Source of the DNA: Phoronis australis
Taxonomy: Eukaryota > Animalia > Phoronida
Length of the DNA: 64,000 bases
NCBI GenBank assembly: GCA_002633005.1
Contig: NMRA01000168.1
Location: 3,129-67,128, forward strand
Direction of reading: 5' to 3'
Shown: positions 1 through 11,721 of the stretch, in pieces
Numbering within the stretch: position 1 is the stretch's first letter
Layout: each line of letters opens with the position of its first letter
Position numbers and translations under genes: made by a program
The notes under the pieces: model-generated
What the model was told of the DNA's origin: nothing
The model's database searches: none
Seen by the model: the letters and a program-made list of their open reading frames with translations, nothing else

Positions 1-460
1 CAGTGAGCGGATTTCGCCTACCGCCCGTTTAAAATACACGGGACGAAATTAGTACAGAACGCGATAGAACGTATTGTAGTGCGAATCTGAAGTTCATTTG
101 CCATAACAGCAATGCTTTTGGACATTTTTCGAACTAAACGGCTAAAAACTCGAAGACAATAACAGAATACACTCTGCTACCGTATTGGGCAAATGACCAA
201 ACGACAAGCTTTTGCCCCACTTCCCGTGACGTCACAGTTAAGTCTCACATAATCTCGCGTTATTGTTATAAACTCGCAAAAGGCCTGATAGTACCGCTTG
301 CCTTCAACCCTCGACTTAGTGGTGTTACACAACCGACGTGAACTCATGTAACCGAGACAGTAAAACTAGGTTAATTTATTTGACCCTGTGCTTAGACGAA
401 TATGCATCGACACGCAAAGTGGCATCAGCCTGACAACCTATTACGCAACTGCTACTCTAA

Positions 461-632
461 CCTAAAAATAGCAGCCGACCAGTTGGTCGGCTGATGGCCG
501 GTCGGCTGAAGGGTCGGCTGAAGGGTCGGCTAGGGAGTCGCCTTATGCCAGTCGGCACTGCGGGCGGCTGCCGGTCGGCTAATTTTTAGCCGACCGGTCG
601 ACGGCTAGTCGTCGACCAATTTCCGACCGGGC
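461..632. repeat. GGTCGGCT-based foldback/MITE-like repeat
   Basis: Multiple direct and inverted GGTCGGCT/AGCCGACC units, e.g. ccggtcggctaatttttagccgaccgg. Confidence 0.6.
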
Positions 633-658
633 GGACAAAAATTCGTGATGTGTGCTGT

Positions 659-808
659 ACGTCTCATAGCTTTCGCATTGGCACCGCCACCTCTGCGGCC
701 AGCCGTGGCGTCCCAGAACCGGTGATCCAGCGCATGGGGCGCTGGAAATCTGACGCACTAAAAAACTACATACGCATGTCTGCTTTTCCTCTTCCCCAGG
801 CTTCTTGA
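659..808 (+). pseudogene. C-terminal fragment of a DIRS/Ngaro-type tyrosine recombinase
   Basis: Translates TSHSFRIGTATSAASRGVPEPVIQRMGRWKSDALKNYIRMSAFPLPQAS*. It contains the HSFR(I)G and GRW.S...Y catalytic motifs of retroelement YRs. The N-terminal part is absent. Confidence 0.9.
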
Positions 809-1581
809 ACTCCTGGTGAGCCTGTTGTTGCAGCTCCCCACTTCTCTCACTTTGCTTTTCAGCCCCTCCCACTCCTCTGGGTCTGTGGTTTCAGCCCCCT
901 AGGTCAGGTCTGTTGTTGCAGCCGGCCTCCTCCCGTTCGCAGGTCTGTTGTTGCAGCCTGTGGCCCAAGGTCTGTAGTTGCAGGCTTCAATTTCTAGTCA
1001 TTAGTCCTAGTTACCTTTACTTCCAGTTCGTTATGTTCTTGTTTTTTATATTTTAGACTTATGTATTCTAGTTTTCTGTTATACCGTTATTAGTACCGAT
1101 ATTTTATCATAGTCTAACTAGCTTGTTATTGCCCGGGTTCCGCTTCCTCGGATGGGCGATGTCAGCATTCCCGTGCTGCCATTATGGCGTTTTGTCCATG
1201 CCCATCTTGCAGAGTCTTAGTTAGTTTTTTCTATTTACGTCATAATAAATGACAATATTTGCAATCCTCCTCTTGTTTTACTCTGCAACATAGCTAGTGG
1301 AGTACCCCGAGTAAAATAGATTACGATAAATTAAATTTAGCTTGGTAAATGCATTTATCGTCATTATTTTGACATTTGTCTCTTTATTTTGAGACCAGTC
1401 CTTAGGGTTTATTTTGCACTACTCATCTCTTTTTATAGCCTCAAGGACCTACTTTTGTATTCATACATTTCTCTACGCGACACCTGATTGGTCGCCCATA
1501 TTTCCTATGTTCAGTTCAACGTGGTCTCTCCCATTCAGCCACCTACCTCGTCGTCTACAAGACCTACGTTCGTTCTCTGCA

Positions 1582-1898
<317 letters not shown>

Positions 1899-3241
1899 NG
1901 CCCTTCAGGCAGTTCTTTTGTTTTGTTCCCTCTTTCAGGGCTATTCATTGTACACGCCGGTGGGCGTTTTGTCCATGCCTATCTTGCAGAGTCTTAGTTA
2001 GTTTTATCTATTTACGTCATAATAAATGGCAATATTCGCAATCCTCCTTTTGTTTTACTCTGCAACATAGCTCGTGGCGTACCCCAGGCAAAATAGATTA
2101 CGATAAATACAGCAAAGAATTACTGGTGAAAATTCCGGACGGCGATCAGGCGACTATTTTAGACCGCGCTAGTTTCAATCTGGGTCATCATAAATAGATC
2201 AATTGCCAGCCAAATACTTAAGCGTTCCCAGCAATACCTGCAAAATCAAATCTAACGAAAACGTTTTGTTATTAATGCTACGCTGAGAACTAAAATGTTT
2301 TCAGAAAATTGCAACCCAACATCGGGTATGCATTTTTACTGACGCTGCGTTCCTCGACTCTCCCTCGCTGGTGGTATAAAATCTGCTTTTTGGGATGTAT
2401 TCCTTACATCAAATTCAACGAAGCAGCAAAGTTTCCACTGTTACTTTCCCGCTGATCTGATAAATACAAGGTAGAGCTCAGTCGCTGACTCGAGGATGCG
2501 AGAAAATCCAGCCAAAATCAGGCGCTCTCATTTGAAATACACGATAATATCTCTCGAAGTCTTGCTTTTCTCGAGAGTTCCTAACCCTATTGAACTCCGT
2601 CTACCCAGGTTATTGTCGGATGGCGGATGGTCACGTGGTCTCCTGGCATGAAAATACTCTGTCCTGGCGTGAGCTATTTTCGGTCCTTGCATAATAAATA
2701 TTGGCCTTGGCGTCATCAATTATTGGTCATAACGTGATGGATTCCGGTTTTGAGTTGTTTTTGGTCCAGCAGAGATAATTAAAATTCTTGATTAGAAAAT
2801 ATGTGTGCTGGAATTTTTTCCTCTTTGGTTGATGACTTAATCATCTTTATCGAGATTCCCCGTGACTGCTTATTGATTGATTTCTAGTGCCGCATCTCCG
2901 TCATCCCTTGTTTGGTTTTCGGAAATTAAAGTCAGAAGCGTCGTAAATGTTTCCTTTGTGGTGATTTCTGTTTGTGCACTGTTTCGCCTGTCTATTCATC
3001 ATTGTCTCTTGGACGTGCGCATAATGGTGACGGAGACGTATATTATCTCAGTCATGAATTAGTAATCATACACCGCTGGATAAACAGTGGTGGAAATTGA
3101 TCTACCAGTAGAGAAGGTTATAATTAGTGACAACTCTAATATTGATTGATATGTGAATATAGTTACAGTGTGCGCTCACATTGTAATTATAATAAAGATA
3201 TAGCTTTTGGTCATTTGTCTCGGACCTTAATCGCCAATAGC

Positions 3242-3305
3242 ATGGCACTTGCAGAAGCTTATCTTGTTCTCGCTTTTCTGATCTACGTCGATTGCGGTAC
3301 CACGC
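3242..3305 (+). CDS. Lectin gene exon 1 (signal peptide MALAEAYLVLAFLIYVDCGTT)
   Basis: ATG, hydrophobic core and donor C|gtacgt in phase 1. An alternative phase-1 donor G|gtacca lies after 3296. The exon is conserved in the paralogue at 56529. Confidence 0.75.
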
Positions 3306-4999
3306 GTACGTATGATATGTGTTTAAAATTCATGACATTTCTAGTAATTTTTAAGTAATGGTGCACGTGCAGAACGTGTACTAAGAACCTATTGGTCGTT
3401 GACAAATTCTAAAAAATTATTAAATCGAAAATCATGTCCAGCCTATCATTGTTTGCGCTTCGCTTTGGGCAAAATAACAATTACGTGTAACTCTGGCGCT
3501 CTTTGTAGACAGGTGTATTCTGTAGATTTCTTCTGTATTTATCTTTACTGCCATTATGATCAAAATAGTTCAATAAAGCTACGGTACTCTTGTGACACAG
3601 AAATTTGTAGTAAGTTTCCTTTTTTTCTGAACTTAGTGACATAAAATTGCAATATTCGCAATTATCGGTGTTTAATATTTCTAAATATGTATGCATGAGG
3701 TGTTTGAACGGACATCCTTTTCTGATTATTGCGCACACAGATAGTTATATCATCATCCCCGAAGCAGATGCTTAAAGCATTGGATTGAGGAAAATGAGTA
3801 GTGTTTCTGGAACAGAGCTATTTTTCCAAAGATTAAAATCATTTTAGAAATTGTAAACTGAAGTGCTTTCGATATTATATTGATCTTAACATGTGAAAAA
3901 CGAGTGCATTATCGTGCGCCTATAATTTGAGATCGGATGTGCATGTCAATTTTACGTTATTAGTTAAACAGGGACGATATGATGATTGCCCTACGTATCA
4001 CGTAATCTGGCACAACATCCGGGTGAAGAGTAACGGACATGTTTTTGCACGCACAACATAAACAAAAACCTTGACATTTCCTAGTGTGCGGTTGGAGGCT
4101 ATCTCTTGACAGATTACCAAATGTTTGTTGGAAATCTTAAAATAGGACTACCATTGGAAATAGGGTAAAGAAATTTGGTACCGTAGACTCCGCCTTATTC
4201 AATATGTGTAGGAGTCAAAGGTGTGATGCCCCACTGAGGAAATGAGTTGAATTGTAGGGTTTACAGTGCAGTTTAACGTGTTTAAGCTTCAAATATTGCA
4301 CATAAAAATACAGATCCCTATAAGTGCAGAGACTCGTCAAGGCCCCACGCAATGCTTGACTTTTTTTGAATTTGCAGTTTGGGCTTTATTGAAATACAGC
4401 AAAAATAAAATGTATTGATAATACAGTTGGCACAATCGCTGGGCTTCTGGTGTGTGAATTACACTGAAATCGTCCAATGCAACCAATAGCTAACGTTGCC
4501 CAGTGGACGCACTGCCTCAACAAAAGCCGTCTCAATTGCTCCCATTTTGCTTTTGCGTTGAACTAATCGTTGTACTTGAGCATTTGAGCAGGGACCTCGC
4601 GCTTCCACTTACGCTACGGGTCCCGCACTTACTTAATCAGGTACTGGTAACTGGTTACCATTGTAGCCCTATGTTCAAAATGATAGGGGAGACCCTGTTA
4701 CGATTGACCAGGTTTTAAAAATATATGGATTCATTGGGTATACAAGTATATATTTTAGAAAATAATTGAAAATGTGACCCTTGTAACGAAAATAAATCAG
4801 GTACCTTTGATATTTCTATTTCAGTGTACACACCTAAATGTACATGTAAATTTTGCTGTTTACCGAAAATTCAAAAAACCTCTGCTATACGAAACGGGCA
4901 CTTCAAAAATAGTTGCCTACTTACTTAACTCAAATATTCATCAACAGTTTCATCGACTCTGAAAACCCTGTATTAACATTCAGACTTTTCGCATACAAC

Positions 5000-5310
5000 T
5001 TTCTATACGACGTCGTATACTATTTAGGTCCATTACCACACGTTTTGATTAACCTCATACTACTATATAAATGTTTTAATAAATAGTATACGACTTTTGA
5101 ACCGCTGTCTACAAATTTTGAGAGGTCGTACACGACTTTCGGACCAATATCTACATATTTTAATTAATCGTTTACTACTTTTGGAGCATTATTCTTATAT
5201 TTTTACAAATTGTATACGCCTTTTGGGCCAATATTTACAGATTTTAATAAATCGTATATGACTTCTGGAACACTATCTACATATTTTTACTAACAGCACA
5301 CGACTTTTGT
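5000..5310. repeat. Degenerate ~42-bp minisatellite
   Basis: Recurring cgtatacgacttttg(g)ac...tctacanattt units. Confidence 0.6.
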
Positions 5311-5472
5311 GTTGTATTGAAGTTATTTTGAGAGTGATGTCGTGTTGCTGGTTGAAGGCTGGTACTGGTGATTGGTCGTGTAATCTATTCATACCATTTT
5401 ATTAAAAACAGGCGGTCCGGTACACGTTGTACCAGATGTGCGTAGGCCGCGCAGCGCTGATGACCTGGAAAT

Positions 5473-5619
5473 CTTTTTATTTTTTATTACTATGAAGTTA
5501 AAACCGAGCTGAAGAGCTACAGACTTCACTAATGGGTCTTGCAGACAGCCCCAGTGGGACTCGAACCCACGACTTCGAGCAAACGAAGCAGACTTATCGC
5601 GCTAAGCCACACTGCCTCC
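5473..5619 (-). mobile_element. tRNA-derived SINE
   Basis: Minus strand has A-box tggcttagcg, B-box ggttcgagtccc and an A-rich tail. Confidence 0.7.
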
Positions 5620-5955
5620 TCAACACCATTTCTTTAGGTGTCCTGTTCACACTAATGGACAGTGATTGGTCAGCAGCCTTGTTAATATCTCGAAAATACG
5701 AATAAAAAGTAGCCTATTCTATTTAATCAATAGACAAGTCGTATTAGACGGTTTAGCTTGAAAAGTCGAACTATGCAAACGTGCACCGTGAAGAATTGAT
5801 GCCATTTCTGGAGCGGTGGGGCTTTGCTGAATTAGAAAATTCACGGGTCGCCCCTGTGCGGGTACTGCTTATAGGTCGTGTAATCTATTCACACCATTTC
5901 ATTACTAGGTGTCCTGCATCAAATAAGGGCCAGTGATAGTCTAGCGGTCTCCTTA

Positions 5956-8900
5956 TAGACCGGCAGCCCAGAGCACTTAGCATAGATGAACGAGGTACTA
6001 ACATCTGACAACGGGAGCATTTAGAGTCCACCTCAGTATGTACAGAAATGGACGTCTGCCGTTGTCTGCACTCTGGATGTGACCCCTGGTGGCCTTACAA
6101 AGGGCCCAGAAAATGAGCTAGACTAAATTTTCGAGGTACCGGCCAAAACTGATTTAAAACGAACAATAGTACCGCACTGAAAATCAAATGACCCATGACA
6201 GACAAATTGCACTCTGCAATGGGTCCGGCAGAAACCAAAAATGACCCCCCAAAAATGAGCTAGCACATACATTCGAGGTACCACAAAAAACAATTACATG
6301 AGATTCAATACGTGTCACAGGTTACTAAATGCCCTATGACCGGCAGACAAAATACACTCTGGATTGTGCCTGGCAAAAACCCTCAAAAATCTCAACCATG
6401 GTATGCCATTTTTGAGACAGTTAGATTTTCATGGTATCGGCTTAAACTGAATTAAAACCAACAATCGTGCTGCACTGAACACCCAATGACCCGTGAAAGA
6501 CAAATTTTACTCTGGAAATAGTCGGCCAGAAACCCAGAAAGGACCTTAAAATAGGAGCTAAAATTGTGCATGCAGCTTCCCCCTGCTAGTTCAAGTACTC
6601 CGGTGGGAAACCCAATCCATTGGACAACAAGATGTTAAGAATTGCACCACGGAAATCGAAGTACACATATTCTCAATTGGTGACAATAGTGGTGTATTTA
6701 ATAAGTTAAGGTAGGTGNTAATGTCCTCCGTGATAAAATACAAATCACTCCTAACTGGTGCGCAGCCACGAGTTGGAGTCCCAATGCTATTTGAATAAAT
6801 ATATAAACAACGACGTGTTTCGGTGACCAACAAGGGGTCTCGCTGCAGCATTGCCTGGTCTGCATGCAATGACAGGGTGTGACGTCACAGCAGCACTGTG
6901 TAAGAAAGGGAAAGTGAGGCAACTGGAAATCCTGATGAAAGACTCATCTGGGACACTTATCAGCTTCTTCTCAGAGTTAATAAGCGTAGATGTCCCAGAC
7001 GAAAGAAAGTTAGAAGAATACATATGCCTCCTATTAGGGAGGAGTCAAAGATGTCAATGAAGCGAGGTATCTGAAATTAATCGAGATGACCGGAAAAATA
7101 AACAAGGTAATAACTGTAATTTATAGAATATAATTTATAAAAGCAATGAAAATAATTGCAAATGTTTTCATAGTATTAAACCAAAAGGCCCAGTTTCACG
7201 TCATACTTACAAACAGTAAAAGGTGGTGAGGTTTTATGTTTTTGTTAGTCAACTTTTGGAAAATTGGTCCCTCGTCAATAAAATTTTCTCACTATTTATT
7301 TCAGGAAAAGCCGATGTCCAAAATAAAAAAGATTGACTGCGCATTACTTCCTCCTTGCCGAAAGACACTATTGATCAAGTTCAAACGAGCCCATTATGTT
7401 GCCTTGCTCTGGGGTCAGGTGGATTCGACCAATCCGACCGGGAAACGGTTTGGATCCTCTTACCTACGGTTGGAAGGTAGGCCTACAAGTTGGATACTAC
7501 ACTCCCGAATGGTTTTGTGGATCTGCCGTTCCTGATGTCCTTTTTGAAGGTGGTGGTCTTTTACAAAAAACCAAGCCGATCAATAGGCAGAGGAAATGGC
7601 AAATGGAGAAAAAAGCGAGCCCAAAATCAAGCTGGAGTAGCAGTGACGAATCTGATATTGAACCGTATTAAAACTAACAGGAAACTATTGTTGACATTAA
7701 ACATATACATGTAGTAACTAGATGTTCTTGTCAATACAGTGATTTTAAATATCTGTTACTATGCTGTTTGAAAGTGTTGCTCTATTTCATGTAGTTTTTT
7801 TTTGGATTAAAGAAGGTTTTTAAAAGCACGTATGTTACTTTTCTTTCAACGTATTGTTTAGAAGTCAATGGGATGAAAGGGCTCTTTGAAAATAATTTTC
7901 GTGGTTCCTCGGGCGCTAATTTAGGGGCCATATGTTGTCCTTGACGTATCCTTTCTGTTGGCAATTTTGATAGCGTTTTATATTTTACACAATCTGCGTT
8001 CTTAAACTTCATTGAGTGGGTTGGTTTTAGACAGTTCCTGGTATCCCAAAGTTTTACTGTTATCAGGTACTTTCCAAAATGCTTATTCTCCGCTATCATC
8101 CATTTAACAGTTACCAGTGTGAGAGCTCAGTAGACGCAAAAGTATAAACTCATCATCTAATATATGTCGTATATTTTCAAAATTACTTACCGGTAGTTGA
8201 GATTTCTGGGCCTGGCTAGCACAACCTACACTGGGTTTTAACTGCCATAGGGTATTTGGTAACCAGTAACATCTACACTGTATTCGAATCACATGGAATT
8301 GTTTATTGTGGTACCCCGAAGGATGACCTAGCTGCTTTTACGGTGTAATTGAGTTTCTGGCGACGCGTTCCAGAGCACAATTTGTTGTCTGTCATGGGAC
8401 ATCTAGTGCGGCACGATTATTGGTATTAAGTCAGTTTAAGCCGGTACCTCGGGTATCTAATGTACCTCAAAGTTTAGATAGCAGATACTGTAGTTGAGAT
8501 TTTTAAGGGTTTCTGCCAGGCACCGAATCCAGAGTGTATTTTGTCTGCCAGGGCATTTAGTGACCTGTGACATGTATTGAACCTCATGGAATTTGTTTTG
8601 TGTGGTACCTCGAATGTATGTGCTGGCTCATTTATTTTGGGGGGCTTTTTGGTTTCTGCCGGACCCATTCCAGAGTGCAATTTGTCTGTCATGGGTCATA
8701 TAATTGGTGTCCAGTGCGGTACTAGTGTTCGTTTACAACCAGTTTTGGCCGGTACCTCGAAAATCTAGTCCAGTTCAAATTTTTGATGTCATACCGTGGT
8801 CGAGATTTTTTGGGGTTTCTCCCGGGCACAATCCAGAGTGTAATTTGTCTGTCATAGGGCATTTAGTGATCTGTGACATGTATTGAACCATATGGAATTG

Positions 8901-9744
8901 GTTATGTGTGGTACCTCGAATGTATGTGTTAGCTCAGTTTTGGGGGGTCTTTTTTGGTTTCTGCCGGACCCATTCCAGAGCGCAATTTGTCTGTCATGGG
9001 TCATTTGGTGTTCAGTATGGTGCTATTGTTCATTTTAAATCAGTTTTGGTTTGTACCTCGAATATCTAGTCTAGCTCATTTTTGGGCCCTTTGTAAGGCC
9101 TCCAGGGGTCACACCCAGAGTGCAGACAACGGCAGACATCCCTTTCTGTACCTACTGAGGTGGACTCTAAATGCCCCCGTGGTTACATGTTGGTACCTCG
9201 TTCATCTATGCTATGTGNTCCAGTGCGGTACTAGTGTTCGTTTACAACCAGTTTTGGCCGGTACCTCGAAAATCTAGTCCAGTTCAAATTTTTGATGTCA
9301 TACCGTGGTTGAGATTTTTTGGGGTTTCTCCCGGGCACAATCCAGAGTGTAATTTGTCTGTCATAGGGCATTTAGTGATCTGTGACATGTATTGAACCAT
9401 ATCGAATTGGTTATGTGTGGTACCTCGAATGTATGTGCTAGCTCATTTTTGGGGGGTCTTTTTTGGTTTCTGCCGGACCCATTCCAGAGTGCAATTTGTC
9501 TGTCATGGGTCATTCGGTGTTCAGTATGGTGCTATTGTTCATTTTAAATCAGTTTTGGTTTGTACCTCGAATATCTAGTCTAGCTCATTTTTGGGCCCTT
9601 TGTAAGGCCTCCAGGGGTCACACCCAGAGTGCAGACAACGGCAGACATCCCTTTCTGTACCTACTGAGGTGGACTCTAAATGCCCCCGTGGTTACATGTT
9701 GGTACCTCGTTCATCTATGCTATGTGCTCTGGGCTGCCGGTCTA
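5956..9744 (+). mobile_element. Academ-like DNA transposon (internally deleted) with long TIRs
   Basis: Termini TAGACCGGCAGCCC...GGGCTGCCGGTCTA and 3-bp TSD TTA (5953-5955, 9745-9747). TIRs run several hundred bp with ~120-bp subterminal repeats. Internal coding relic at 6851-7671. Confidence 0.8.
6851..7671 (+). pseudogene. Academ-type XPG-like nuclease C-terminal relic
   Basis: LHAMTGCDVTAALCKKGK ... LLPPC..TL....KRAHYVALLW ... YGW ... PEW motifs. Frameshifted, with a GT-AG intron at 7107-7304. Confidence 0.7.
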
Positions 9745-9885
9745 TTAGTTTCTCGAAAATCTGAATAAAACCTGACGTGTTCTCTTTAATCAATGGAGAA
9801 GTCGTATTCGACGGTTTAGCTCGAAACGACGATCTGTATAGCCACTCCGATAAGCCTAATGTGAAAAATCGCTTATCAGAAATCG

Positions 9886-10039
9886 CAGTGGCGGATTTAA
9901 AGGGTTCCAAGGAACCGTGTCCCCCCCAAATTTTCCCAGTTTCCACTTGGCAGTTTGGGGTGTGAATGTCTGACGGGCAAAATCCTGGCTAATGCTCTGT
10001 CTTGGCTCCCCTTAACTCAAAATCCTGCATTGGGGCCTG
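9886..10039 (+). mobile_element. hAT-like MITE family (CAG(T/G)GGCGGA termini)
   Basis: Further copies or relatives at ~17028-17155, 19034-19167, 53217-53370(-), 55265-55424, 36160-36306 and 36743-36889. Confidence 0.65.
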
Positions 10040-10066
10040 CATAACCAAACTTAAATAATTTTGCAG

Positions 10067-10215
10067 CTCGTATCCTGGATTATAATGAATCCCAGTATGT
10101 GTTAAGAGACAGTCGAGGAGTCGATTACGCCACCGCACAGAAGCATTGCCAATCATTCGGAGGTCACTTGGCTACACCGTTAACTGACACTGAAAATGAA
10201 TGGATTAGACAAAGG
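10067..10215 (+). CDS. Lectin exon 2 (CTLD1 N-part: ..YATAQKHCQSFGGHLATPLTDTENEWIRQR)
   Basis: Acceptor ttttgcag| and donor |gtatgg. Carries the CTLD A...C...GGHLA...EN.WI signature. Confidence 0.9.
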
Positions 10216-10466
10216 GTATGGACAGTTTTCAACAAAAGTGATTATGTGAATTGTTTCGTTTTTGTTAATCACTTGTTAATGGCTGTCATTCTGTACTATT
10301 CTTGAACAGGGTAGAGTTCAGTAACGCTAAGACCTCGCTAAGACTTCGCGAGGTTATTTGAGATGTTGCCGTGAATTTCAAAATGAGAGCACGAGATTTT
10401 GGTAAGATTTTGTAGTAGCGAGACAACCCAGATCGAAAGTGCTGCACGTGTTTATGTCCTAAGTAT

Positions 10467-11032
10467 TACTCCTTGGTTCCCTGCGTGCCGCTAGGTGGGC
10501 GGTAGCCGCGCCAGCACGCAGGTATCACTTCATTTTCATGGGGAATTTTTTTACACCGGCGTTTCTGATTGGTTAGTCAAATTCTCAACAGGGAGCGCTT
10601 TACACAAACAATCTGGCATGACTGATGGACTGCAGTGTAAATTGGCCTGTTGGGCAGACAAATCGGTGTTTAAAATTCATGTTCAGTAAATGTGAATCCT
10701 AGACATTGCGGTGGCGCCTTTTCGCCTGTCAATGACTTTTGTTTACGATACTGCCCTGTATTCACACACTATGAATAACACACCGTTATATCGGCCAGAT
10801 ATGTGTTTATTGTACATGTACATGTACGTGCTTCAAGCACGCGGCTTTTAAACATCACTGCAGAAACGAAATAGTTGCTTCGACGCAACTTGCATGACAA
10901 GGCTAAATATCGTTCACAGTCCGCCATTTTTTTCACGATGTTGTAAAGGTAACCAATGACTGCTGAGGTTAAAGCGCGTGCCACTGCGTGATACCTGCGT
11001 GCTGGCTAGGCACGTAGGGGACCAGCGAGCTA
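10467..11032. mobile_element. MITE with TIRs
   Basis: gccagcacgcaggtatcac (~10510) is inverted as gtgatacctgcgtgctggc (~10988), with matching outer ends. Confidence 0.65.
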
Positions 11033-11721
11033 GGTATTAGTGCTAGTAGCGCTAGAAGCATTAACAGCAACAGTTGTTGTAGCAAAAGCAATTTCATAAT
11101 CACGACACTTAGCGTTAGTGATGGTTCTAGTGGTCATGGTAGCTGTGCCATGGGCGGCGCAGCACTGAAAAAAGTGGGGGGCTAAAGCCCCCTGAGTCCC
11201 AGTGTGGTGCACTGCTTATGGACCATGTGCGGCGTAGCACTGAAGAAAGTGGGGGGCTATACCCCCCAGCCCCTTATGGTGCGCCGCCCGTGTGTGGTGG
11301 TTGGGGAAATCGCTTGCTGGTAAAGCGGCAGGAGGTCATGGTAATTCTAGTAGTGACACTGATAGTCCTCCAAAAACCACCAGTGACTGAGACGCGATAA
11401 ATCGTTTTTACCATTACAACTCGACTGAGTGAGAAACTCTGCCTCACAATGTTTGCTACCTTGAATTGTCGTTGTCATAATGGAGACAGCAGCAGCCCTC
11501 GAGGTAGCCTTGGTACAAAGATGTATACTAAATATTCAGCTTTGCACCTATGTGTGTAAAAAATGACACTTATTTGAGTAAATAATTTCATTTTCTGGCT
11601 TTGGAAAAATTGGCGTTCTACCGTTATTCTGCTGTTAAAGTTGTGGAGCGATCTTTTGTTTCAGCTTTCGGCGCCATGAAATATTGCGTCACCTGTTCCT
11701 TTTTTCGCGAATTCTTCAATC

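Noticed and set aside
3185-3200. TATA-like sequence upstream of exon 1
   Set aside because: Not conserved in the paralogous block, AT-rich background, and the TSS is unknown.
5000-5310. CRISPR-like periodic repeats
   Set aside because: Degenerate tandem units without unique spacers or cas genes, in a eukaryotic context. It is a minisatellite.
6805-6850. Half hammerhead (-): ...GAAACACGUC
   Set aside because: The CUGANGA core is missing; likely a truncated PLE end near a scaffold N.
8709-9727. Near-identical ~509-bp tandem duplication
   Set aside because: The junction is the N at 9218; typical unmerged contig overlap or haplotypes.
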